64,000 bases of DNA from an uncultured Christensenellaceae bacterium (GTDB lineage: Bacteria > Bacillota > Clostridia > Christensenellales > UBA3700), in contig CALWHF010000006.1 of NCBI GenBank assembly GCA_944380305.1, positions 24,422 to 88,421 of the forward strand. Direction: 5' to 3'. A program made the translations under genes and the position numbers. The notes under the pieces were generated by a model. That model made no database searches, was not told the DNA's origin, and saw only the letters and a list, made by a program, of their open reading frames with translations. This document shows positions 18,179 through 26,838 of the stretch, in pieces. How positions within the stretch are numbered: the first letter of the stretch is position 1; each line of letters opens with the position of its first letter.

Positions 18179-19456
18179 ATGAGTACGGTAGCGGTTTTGG
18201 GACTGGGAAACAGAGGCAAGAATTACGGCGGTCATCTGAACAAGCTCGAAGGAGTGAAGATCGTCAGCATCTGTGACAAATATCAGGCAAAGATAGACAA
18301 AGTCAAGTCGGCGTGGAACGTGCCCGACGACAAGTGTTTCACCGACGAGGACAAGTTTTTCGCGCAGGGCAAGATAGCGGACGTGATGATCATCGCTACG
18401 CAGGACCGCGATCACTACGGTCATGCGATCAAGGCACTCAATCTGGGATACAATCTGCTTCTCGAAAAGCCGGTCAGCCCCAGCATAACCGAGTGTCTCG
18501 AGATAGAGAAACTGGCGAGAGAAAAGGGACTCAAGGTCCTGGTCTGCCACGTTCTCCGCTATGCGAATTATTACCGCAGGATAAAGAAGATAATAGACAG
18601 CGGCGTACTGGGCGAGATCAAGCTGATCAAGCATGACGAGCATATCTCGTGGTGGCATTTCTGCCACAGCTACGTCAGAGGAAACTGGCGCAGAGAGGAG
18701 GAAACGACCCCGATGCTGCTCGCGAAATGTTGTCACGACATGGATCTGCTGTACTGGTTCGCGGGCGCGAAGTGCAAGAGTCTTTCGTCGTACGGCGACC
18801 TCAGTTATTTCACGAAGGCGAATGCGCCAAAGGGTGCTACCGCGACGTGTTTCGACTGCCCGCATAAAGACACCTGTATATTCGAGTGCGAATATCAGTA
18901 CGTCGGCAGAGGACGCAAAGGTCACAAATTCCCGTGGGGAACGTACGCGTTCTGCACGACGGGCAAAAAGGCGGACGTTATAGAGGCTCTGAAGAAAGGC
19001 GAAAGAGGCAAGCTATGGTCTAGATGCGTATTCGGTTGCGACAACGACGTCGTAGATTGCCAGACCGTGAACATGGAGATGGAGAACGGCGTCAAGATTG
19101 TTATGACCGCCAACGCGTTCAACGAGAAAGACCACAGACATACCGAGATCAGAGGTACGAAAGGCGAACTCATCGCCGACGATACGGGCAGCGTGATCAC
19201 GCTCAAGCTGTTCGACCAGAAACCTAAGAAGATCATCGTCAACATAATTCCTGTAATAAAGGGACATTACGGCGGCGACCAGGGCATAACGAAATCCACC
19301 GCGGATATGCTTGCGGGCAAACTCGACCCTAACGGGCAGTATACCTGGATAAAGGATACGATAGAGAGTCATCGCATAGTTGCGGCGGCAGAGCTGTCGA
19401 GAAAGAACGGCGGCAGAAAAGTGGATATGACGGAGATACCCGACATAGAGAAGTGA
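18179..19456 (+). CDS. Gfo/Idh/MocA family oxidoreductase (YteT-like, Cys-containing insertion)
   Basis: GLGNRG Rossmann motif, LLEKP, HSYVRGNWR, LLAKCCHDMD, GHYGGD. Confidence 0.9.
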   Translation: MSTVAVLGLGNRGKNYGGHLNKLEGVKIVSICDKYQAKIDKVKSAWNVPDDKCFTDEDKFFAQGKIADVMIIATQDRDHYGHAIKALNLGYNLLLEKPVSPSITECLEIEKLAREKGLKVLVCHVLRYANYYRRIKKIIDSGVLGEIKLIKHDEHISWWHFCHSYVRGNWRREEETTPMLLAKCCHDMDLLYWFAGAKCKSLSSYGDLSYFTKANAPKGATATCFDCPHKDTCIFECEYQYVGRGRKGHKFPWGTYAFCTTGKKADVIEALKKGERGKLWSRCVFGCDNDVVDCQTVNMEMENGVKIVMTANAFNEKDHRHTEIRGTKGELIADDTGSVITLKLFDQKPKKIIVNIIPVIKGHYGGDQGITKSTADMLAGKLDPNGQYTWIKDTIESHRIVAAAELSRKNGGRKVDMTEIPDIEK

Positions 19457-19457
19457 T

Positions 19458-19910
19458 ATGGCGACTCTGTTCGACAGGGTGTGTGTTCTGACGAAAAAAG
19501 ACCAGAGCACGCATCGCAAATTATATTTCGAAGTGCCTGAAGGCGCGAAGAAACTACATATAAGCGTCCGATACGAACCCAAGTATAATTACGACGAGGA
19601 ATACGGGCTGGATTTGATCGAACGGAGCATGCTGAAACAAGCGGGCGAACCTCTTATGACGAGAGGAGAAATGCGAGCCGCGTTGCCTCTCGACAATCAC
19701 CTGTCGTTTTCGCTCGACTCCCCGTCGGGAGCTGCAGGAACGGCGCACAGAGGCAATAACGTACAGAATTTTACGATATGCGAGGACAGCGCGGACGGAG
19801 GGTTTTACCCGTGCCGCATAGAGCAAGGAGTGTGGACCTTCGTCATCAGCGTGACCTGCATAATCACGGACAAAATAGAAGTCGCGGTGAAGATAGAGGC
19901 GGAAGCATGA
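19458..19910 (+). CDS. Hypothetical beta-sandwich protein, like the accessory domain of CehA/McbA-type PHP hydrolases
   Basis: Translationally coupled on both sides; LHISVRYEP...SLDSP...GFYPCRIEQGVW pattern. Confidence 0.7.
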   Translation: MATLFDRVCVLTKKDQSTHRKLYFEVPEGAKKLHISVRYEPKYNYDEEYGLDLIERSMLKQAGEPLMTRGEMRAALPLDNHLSFSLDSPSGAAGTAHRGNNVQNFTICEDSADGGFYPCRIEQGVWTFVISVTCIITDKIEVAVKIEAEA

Positions 19911-20869
19911 AATATTACAGATGCGAGCTGCATACGCACACGACTTCGTCCGACGGAAAGATGACGCCCGAGGAACTCGTCGACAGGGCTCTGGCGTGCG
20001 GCTACGACGCGATCGCTCTGACCGATCACAACACGACGGCAGGAGTTAAAAGAGCCGTCGAAGAGGGCAGGAGACGGGGGCTTACCGTTATCCCCGGGAT
20101 CGAGTGGACGACGTTTTGGGGACACTTCGCGGTGACGGGCGGAAAAAGCGACGTGCTGTGGAGAGACATTACCCCCGAAAACGTCGGCGAAAAGATAAAA
20201 AGAGCACAGACTCTGGGCGACATCGTGACGATAGCGCATCCGAGACGCATGGGCTATCCGCTTTGCAGCGGCTGTCATTGCGATTACGATATAGAGAGTA
20301 TATCGGGCGCGGACTGTTACGAAGTCTGGTCGCACTATTATCCCAACGAGGGCGTGGCGGCAAGACAGCAGAAAGAGCAATGGCTTTCTCTTCTCGCTGA
20401 AGGGCACAGGCTGAGCGTAGTATACGGATACGACTGGCACAACAGAGACGACGTGCCGCCTTCGTACGCGTGCACATACGTCGGATCGGAAGGCAAGGAC
20501 GCAGACAGCATCTTGCGGGGCGTGAAGAGCGGAGCGACATACATCTCGATAGGCGTCGAGGTAGAATGCAAGGCGGTGTCGGGAGGCAGAGAGTACGCGA
20601 TAGGCAGCGAGATCGCGTCGGAAGAGACCGAAATAGAGCTGAGCTGCTTTAGGTCAGAAGATTACCGCTCGGACAAACCGACGAAACTTACGAGAGCGGA
20701 GATAGTCACGGAACTGGGCAAAGAGAGTTTCCCGATAGCATTCGGGGAGAAAATAAAGGCAAAAGCGACGTTTGAAAGATTCTGCGTCGTATGTATATAC
20801 GGAGAGAGAAAACGCGAAGAGCAACTGCTTGCGATAACCGGCGCGTTTTACAGGGGAGGAAACGGATGA
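19907..20869 (+). CDS. PHP-domain metallophosphoesterase (CehA/McbA family)
   Basis: ELHTHTTSSDG, ALTDHNT, GIEWTTFWGH, AHP, GYDWH. ATG 19907 overlaps the upstream stop (ATGA). Confidence 0.88.
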   Translation: MKYYRCELHTHTTSSDGKMTPEELVDRALACGYDAIALTDHNTTAGVKRAVEEGRRRGLTVIPGIEWTTFWGHFAVTGGKSDVLWRDITPENVGEKIKRAQTLGDIVTIAHPRRMGYPLCSGCHCDYDIESISGADCYEVWSHYYPNEGVAARQQKEQWLSLLAEGHRLSVVYGYDWHNRDDVPPSYACTYVGSEGKDADSILRGVKSGATYISIGVEVECKAVSGGREYAIGSEIASEETEIELSCFRSEDYRSDKPTKLTRAEIVTELGKESFPIAFGEKIKAKATFERFCVVCIYGERKREEQLLAITGAFYRGGNG

Positions 20870-21519
20870 TCACGGCACACGGGGGCGCGCTCGGCACTGG
20901 GCGCAACTCGAAAATCTACTTTGAAAACATAAGCACATTCAAAGCGGACGCCATAGAAGTGGACGTACACAGGAGAGGAGGGCTGCTTTATCTCAGCCAT
21001 CTTCCCGCTCCCTTTTCGTACAAAAAGAAGATAACTCTCGCGCAGGCGTTCGCGTTTGCGAAAAAGAACAACGTGAAGATCAACTGCGACCTCAAGGGGA
21101 AGGGGCTGGTGTCGGACGTGATAAAACTTGCCAAAGAGATGGACGTCACCGACCTCCTGATATTCACGGGTTCGGTCAGACTGACTGACAGCGAAGTGCT
21201 TACAGAGGGCGAAGCGTGGGTCAACAGGATCAAGGGACTGCCGTACAAGGCGAAGAACGTCGAGAAAATAAAAAAGGCTCTCGACGACACGAAGAACCCG
21301 CATTTCGCGGGACTTAACATCAACAAAATGTACGCCACGGACGCGTTTCTCTCAGAGTGCGCGAGGTGCGGCGTAAAGCTGTCGATATTCACCGTCGACA
21401 GTTACAGGGAGCTCAAGAGGCTCGTGCCTCTGAGACCCGCAAACATCACGACGAATTATCCCGTCGTAGCGTCTACGATACTTTTCGAGACGAGCATGGC
21501 GGAAAAGGAGAATAAATGA
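20866..21519 (+). CDS. Glycerophosphodiester phosphodiesterase family protein
   Basis: ITAHGGA, AIEVDV, INCDLK, IFTVD, ITTNYP. ATG 20866 after GGAGG. Confidence 0.85.
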   Translation: MITAHGGALGTGRNSKIYFENISTFKADAIEVDVHRRGGLLYLSHLPAPFSYKKKITLAQAFAFAKKNNVKINCDLKGKGLVSDVIKLAKEMDVTDLLIFTGSVRLTDSEVLTEGEAWVNRIKGLPYKAKNVEKIKKALDDTKNPHFAGLNINKMYATDAFLSECARCGVKLSIFTVDSYRELKRLVPLRPANITTNYPVVASTILFETSMAEKENK

Positions 21520-22658
21520 TAAGGGTTGCCGTTACGGGAATAGGAAGAATGGGCGGAAAACACGCGTCCAACTTCGTAAAAGGCGCGGTCGCAAACGCGA
21601 AACTCGTCGCCGTCTGCGATACCGACGAAAAGGTCGCAGACAGATTCAGAGCGAATTATTCGGGTGTCGCGACGTATACCGATTACGACGAAATGCTCGA
21701 AAAGGAAAAGCCCGATGCGGTCGTCATCGCGACCCCGCACTATTCTCATTCTGAGCTTGCGAAAAAAGCTCTCGTCAGAGGTATAAGCGTGCTTGTCGAA
21801 AAGCCGATAACGGTGACGGTGAAGGACGCGAATTCTCTTATAGCGACTGCGAAGGCGCACCCCGAGGCGATCTTCGCGATAATGTACAACCAGCGCAGCA
21901 ATTCGATATACGCCCGCGCGAAAAAGATAATCGAGAGCGGCAGGCTGGGAGATATTCAGAGGGCATCGTTCACTATAACCGACTGGTACAGGACGCAGTA
22001 TTACTACAATATGGGCGGTTGGCGCGCCAGCTGGTCGGGCGAAGGCGGCGGCACTCTGATAAATCAGTGCGTGCACCAGCTCGATATACTTCAATGGCTG
22101 CTCGGTATGCCCGAGAGGATAATCGCGAGATGCAAGACGGAGGGCAGGAACATAACTACCGAAAACGACGTGATCGCTATGTTCTGTTATAAGAATTTCG
22201 ACTGCGTATTCACCGCGTCGACTCACGAGCTGCCGGGAGAGAACAGGTTTGTGATAGTGGGTTCGAAAGGCACTCTCGTGATTACCAGGCACAAGGCGGT
22301 CTGCAAGTTCCTCAGAATGGACGAGAAACAGGTCAACGCGAGAGCGAAACGCGATTACGGCAACAGAGAGGACAAGAAATACGACAAAGAGTACATGTTC
22401 TACGGCATAAGGAATTATCTGACGGACGCGCTGTACGGTCAGCAATGCAACATTTTGAGAGATTTCGTCGCAGCGGTAGGAAAGAAAGACGCGTCGTTGC
22501 TCAGAGCGCGCGGAGAGGAGGGCGTCAACGCGCTCAACATAATAAACGCGATAAACATGTCGGCGTGGAAGGGAAAGGAAGTGACCGTTCCCGTCGATCC
22601 CGAAGAATACGATAAAATGCTCGCCGAAAAGATAAAGGGCGAGAAAAAGATAAAGTAA
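21516..22658 (+). CDS. Gfo/Idh/MocA family oxidoreductase
   Basis: GIGRMG, IATPHYSH, VEKP, WRASWSGEGGGTLINQCVHQLD. Confidence 0.92.
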   Translation: MIRVAVTGIGRMGGKHASNFVKGAVANAKLVAVCDTDEKVADRFRANYSGVATYTDYDEMLEKEKPDAVVIATPHYSHSELAKKALVRGISVLVEKPITVTVKDANSLIATAKAHPEAIFAIMYNQRSNSIYARAKKIIESGRLGDIQRASFTITDWYRTQYYYNMGGWRASWSGEGGGTLINQCVHQLDILQWLLGMPERIIARCKTEGRNITTENDVIAMFCYKNFDCVFTASTHELPGENRFVIVGSKGTLVITRHKAVCKFLRMDEKQVNARAKRDYGNREDKKYDKEYMFYGIRNYLTDALYGQQCNILRDFVAAVGKKDASLLRARGEEGVNALNIINAINMSAWKGKEVTVPVDPEEYDKMLAEKIKGEKKIK

Positions 22659-22689
22659 TTTAATTTGCCGATGAGGAGGATATAAATTT

Positions 22690-23637
22690 ATGGCAAACAT
22701 CAGGATTTCAGGTTTTTACGACGAGGTCAGTTCCAATCTCGACGAACAGATAAAGCTGATCAAAGAGCTGGGCGAAAGCTATCTGTGCCCCAGAGTGGTG
22801 GACGGCAAGAACATCGCCAACTATACCGAGCAGGAGTTCAGGAGCACGATCAAGCCGCGCCTCGACAACGCGGGTATCAAATTCTCCTCGATAGGCTCCC
22901 CGATAGGCAAGATAGGTCTGTACGACGACGAGGCGTACGAGGCTCAGCTTGCGAAACTCAAAGAGCTGGTCAAGATCTGCAAGGATATGGATTGCAAATA
23001 CATAAGGATGTTCTCGTTCAGAGTCAAGGCGAGCGGCGACTACAAGGCGTATTTCCCCGAGGTAGTCAAGAAGCTGCGCGGATTCCTCAAGGTCGTCGAG
23101 GGTACGGACGTGATACTCCTGCACGAGAACGAAAAGAGAATTTACGGCGATACTCCCGAGAGATGTCTCGAGCTTTACAACGAGATCAATCATCCGCAGT
23201 TCAAACTCGCGTTCGACGCGTCCAACTTCATACAGTGCGGCGTAAACGTGCCCAAGGCGTACGAGATGCTCAAGGATTATGTCGTATATTACCACATCAA
23301 GGATTGCTCTCCCGAGAAGGTGGAAGTCCCCGTAGGTCTCGGACTCGGCAATTACAAGGAGATGATAAAGGATCTTATCGTAAACAGGAATTACGACGGT
23401 TTCATGACTCTCGAGCCGCATACGGGCAAGTACGCGGATCACAAAAAGCTGTTCTACGTCCTCGGCTGGATCACCTGGATGCTGCCTTACGTCGGCAACT
23501 GGAACAAGGTGTTCAAGCGCATCAACGCGGCTAAGGGCATAGAGCCTATGCAGACGGTCACGAGAAAGGATATATTCATGTGGCAGTACAACGGACTCAA
23601 GGAAATAATCGACGAAGTCGAAAAGGAGAATAAATAA
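22690..23637 (+). CDS. Sugar phosphate isomerase/epimerase family (xylose-isomerase-like TIM barrel)
   Basis: ISGFYDE, GSPIGK, LLHENEK, FDASNF, HIKD, LEPH metal ligands. Confidence 0.9.
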   Translation: MANIRISGFYDEVSSNLDEQIKLIKELGESYLCPRVVDGKNIANYTEQEFRSTIKPRLDNAGIKFSSIGSPIGKIGLYDDEAYEAQLAKLKELVKICKDMDCKYIRMFSFRVKASGDYKAYFPEVVKKLRGFLKVVEGTDVILLHENEKRIYGDTPERCLELYNEINHPQFKLAFDASNFIQCGVNVPKAYEMLKDYVVYYHIKDCSPEKVEVPVGLGLGNYKEMIKDLIVNRNYDGFMTLEPHTGKYADHKKLFYVLGWITWMLPYVGNWNKVFKRINAAKGIEPMQTVTRKDIFMWQYNGLKEIIDEVEKENK

Positions 23638-24800
23638 TGGATAAGGTAAGGTACGGTATCGTAGGTATCGGCAAGCAGGGAAGCAACTATGCGAAGAGGC
23701 TCTTCAAGGGCATGGACAAGAACGGTCAGCTCGTCGCGGTGTGCGATATTGCCGAAGATCGCAGAAAGTGGGCTGAGACCGCGCTCCCCGGGGTAAAGGT
23801 ATTCGGCGATTACAAAGAGATGTTCGCGAGCAAACTCATCGACGCAGTGATCATCGACACGCCGCACTATGCGCACCCGACGATAGCGATAGACGCACTC
23901 AAGGCGGGTCTCCACGTCCTCAGCGACAAGCCCGCGGGCGTATTCACCAAGGCGGTCAGAGAGGCGGCGGAATTCGGCAAGACCAAGCCCGAACTCAAAT
24001 TCGGTCTGCTTTACAATCAACGTACCAACAAGGTCTACAAGAAGGCGAAAGAGATAATCGAGAGCGGCAGACTGGGCAATCTCAAGCGTATCGTCTGGAT
24101 AATCACCAACTGGTACCGTCCTCAGGCGTACTACGACCAGGGCGGCTGGAGAGGCACCTGGGCAGGTGAAGGCGGCGGCGTGCTGATCAATCAGGATCCG
24201 CATCAGCTCGACCTGTTCACATGGCTTGCGGGCGTTCCGATAAAGAAAGTCTGGAGCAACGCAAAGACGGTCGGCAGAAAGATCAACGTGGAGAACGACG
24301 TCACCGCGGTCTGCGAATTCGAGAACGGCGCGACGGGCGTGTTCATCACCTCGACGCATGACGCTCCCGGCACCAACAGGCTCGAGATCACCGGCGACGG
24401 CGGCAAGATAGTCATCGAGGGAAGCAACGACGTCAGCATGAAACTGAAGTTTACCGAGAACAGCGTCGCCGAGCCCGAATTTTCCAGGACAAACAAAGTG
24501 TTTATGGGCAAGATACCCAACAAGGTGTCCAAATACAAGCTGGGTCTTGTAGACATTATCAAGGGCATTATCGAGCAGCAGCACATCGTGGTCGTCCGCA
24601 ACTTCTCCGAGGTCGTACTCGGCAAGACGGACAAGCTGGTCGCACCGTACGCGGACGGTCTCAACGGTCTCGGTTTCTCCAACGCGATACACCTTTCGGC
24701 GTGGACGGGCAAAGAGGTCGTGTATCCGTACGACGAGGATTTGTATATCAAAGAGCTAGACAAGAGAATAGAAGAAGAAAAGAATTCCGGCGTGAAGTGA
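23637..24800 (+). CDS. Gfo/Idh/MocA family oxidoreductase (paralogue of 21516-22658)
   Basis: GIGKQG, TPHYAH, SDKP, WRGTWAGEGGGVLINQDPHQLD. Confidence 0.92.
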   Translation: MDKVRYGIVGIGKQGSNYAKRLFKGMDKNGQLVAVCDIAEDRRKWAETALPGVKVFGDYKEMFASKLIDAVIIDTPHYAHPTIAIDALKAGLHVLSDKPAGVFTKAVREAAEFGKTKPELKFGLLYNQRTNKVYKKAKEIIESGRLGNLKRIVWIITNWYRPQAYYDQGGWRGTWAGEGGGVLINQDPHQLDLFTWLAGVPIKKVWSNAKTVGRKINVENDVTAVCEFENGATGVFITSTHDAPGTNRLEITGDGGKIVIEGSNDVSMKLKFTENSVAEPEFSRTNKVFMGKIPNKVSKYKLGLVDIIKGIIEQQHIVVVRNFSEVVLGKTDKLVAPYADGLNGLGFSNAIHLSAWTGKEVVYPYDEDLYIKELDKRIEEEKNSGVK

Positions 24801-24822
24801 TTTCGCGGATAAGGAGAAAAAT

Positions 24823-26757
24823 ATGAATTACAAACTCAAAAGCGGCAAGATAATCACGACGGGCAAACTGCACGAGAGAGCTTTCTACGACGTCAGCAAC
24901 AACCGTATCACGGCGCAGTTCGACGGCAGAGGAGGCATCTCGAAGTATGCGGTCATGAACAAATTTTCCGTATTTACCAACTACTACTCGATGTACACGG
25001 TGGACGGCGTGCCCTTCGACTATATGGAGGACAAGGTCGTCACTATGGAAGGAAAGAGACAGATCACCGAGATCGAGCACGAGAAGTGCAAGCTGACGAT
25101 CACTCAGTTCCTCGACAACGAGAGCAACGCGATCTACGTCGAGACCGCGGTAGAGGCAAAGCAGGACATCGATTTCGACAACACCGTCAACTTCGGCATC
25201 AATTACGAGAGCTACGTCCAGCAGCTTCTCGCCAACAGACTCAGCCCGAAGACGATAGCTACCGTGCTGACAGGGTTTATCAAGAGCAAGAAGAACGGTC
25301 TGACCTTCAACGGCGCGAGCGCGAAACTGCACGGGGACGTTCTCGGCGACTTCTACATCGACTTCGCGATAAGCGAGGGCGCACAGGCGGGAGAAGCGGA
25401 GAGAGGTTTCCACAATCAGTTCAGCTACGGCGCAAAGCTGCGCGCGGGCGAGCTGAGAAAGTTCAGATACGTCGTCAGCGCGGGTACGAGAAACGACTTC
25501 ACGTTCTGCGACGTGACCGAATGTCTCAACAAGTTCGACGTTGCGGCGAAAGAGGCGCAGAAGTACATAGACGATCTCGTCTGCCCCGATTGCGTCAAGG
25601 GCGACGACTTTATGGAGACCTATTACAAATCCTTGCTCAATTGCAGCATTTCCAATTACAAGGAGCTGGGCAAGTTCAAAGGTTTCCTCGCGGGCATAGT
25701 ATATCAGTTCCCCGCAAGAACGTATTACCGCGACGCGTACTGGACGGTGCTGTCGGTGCTCCCCGTCAGACCCAAGCTCGTGCGCAACGAGATAGTCACT
25801 CTCGGCAACGGCATCAACAAGAAAGGTGAGTGCCCGAGCGCGGTTAAGTTCAACTTCAAGAATTACTGGGGCAATCACTACGATTCTCCGTCATTCTTCG
25901 TAGCCATGATATACGATTACGTCGTGCACACGGGCGACCTTAGCGTACTCAGCGAGTCCTGCGCGTGCGGCACGATCATCGAGGCGGCAAAGCTCGTGCT
26001 CGACAGACTGGAGCAGGAGACCGATTCTACGGGACTTCTCGTCAAAGGCGGAGAGTACAACCGCCGCGACTGGTGCGACAACGTGTTCCGTAGCACCTAC
26101 GTCACCTACGACGAGGCTCTGTATGCGCGCGCCCTGTTCGCGATGAGTGAGCTTTGCGACGCCTGCGGTCTGGACGGCAACGGTTATTACGCGAAGTACG
26201 TCAAGGTCAAAAAGGCGATCAACGACCTGCTGTGGGACGAAGAAAAGGGATATTACGTCAACTACAAGAGCAAGGAGTTCACGGAGGACAACCTGTCCAT
26301 AGACACGGTGGTCGCGGTACTGTTCGGCATAGCGGATGAGGAGAGATCCAAACGCGTGCTCGAGAATATGGAGAAGATGCTCGAGTCCAAAAACAACAAG
26401 CAGCAGAAGGCAGGCGACTTCGGCACTCTCAGCGTATATCCGTTCTACAAGAATACGAAGGATATCGTGCAGAAGTCATCGCTCCCGTACTACTACCACA
26501 ACGGCGGCGACTGGCCGTATCTTTCCTGCGTTTATGCGTATGCGAAACTCATGTACGGTATGGACTACAAGTATCCGCTGACGAGATGGTTTGAGTACAA
26601 CCTCGATCAGGGCAATTACACTCCCGTCGAGTTCTTCAGCCCCGTTCATCCGCAAGGCTCGCTGCTTCAGGCGTGGTCGAGCACGGGTGCGTTCGTACTG
26701 TCGTACAACGACGGCAACTTCTTCCGCAAACAGCTTGGCGACAAACGCGTCAAGTAA
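24823..26757 (+). CDS. (alpha/alpha)6-barrel glycoside hydrolase, amylo-alpha-1,6-glucosidase (GDE_C)-like; specificity unknown
   Basis: RTYYRDAYW, DSPSFF, YVVHTGD, DWCD, LWDEEKGYY, YHNGGDWP, QAWSS. Confidence 0.82.
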   Translation: MNYKLKSGKIITTGKLHERAFYDVSNNRITAQFDGRGGISKYAVMNKFSVFTNYYSMYTVDGVPFDYMEDKVVTMEGKRQITEIEHEKCKLTITQFLDNESNAIYVETAVEAKQDIDFDNTVNFGINYESYVQQLLANRLSPKTIATVLTGFIKSKKNGLTFNGASAKLHGDVLGDFYIDFAISEGAQAGEAERGFHNQFSYGAKLRAGELRKFRYVVSAGTRNDFTFCDVTECLNKFDVAAKEAQKYIDDLVCPDCVKGDDFMETYYKSLLNCSISNYKELGKFKGFLAGIVYQFPARTYYRDAYWTVLSVLPVRPKLVRNEIVTLGNGINKKGECPSAVKFNFKNYWGNHYDSPSFFVAMIYDYVVHTGDLSVLSESCACGTIIEAAKLVLDRLEQETDSTGLLVKGGEYNRRDWCDNVFRSTYVTYDEALYARALFAMSELCDACGLDGNGYYAKYVKVKKAINDLLWDEEKGYYVNYKSKEFTEDNLSIDTVVAVLFGIADEERSKRVLENMEKMLESKNNKQQKAGDFGTLSVYPFYKNTKDIVQKSSLPYYYHNGGDWPYLSCVYAYAKLMYGMDYKYPLTRWFEYNLDQGNYTPVEFFSPVHPQGSLLQAWSSTGAFVLSYNDGNFFRKQLGDKRVK

Positions 26758-26838
26758 AATAAGGTAGAATAGCGGCAAACACGTCCTTAAACGGGGCGAC
26801 CGCATATAAAATACAAAATAAAATTGGGAGGTTATGAG

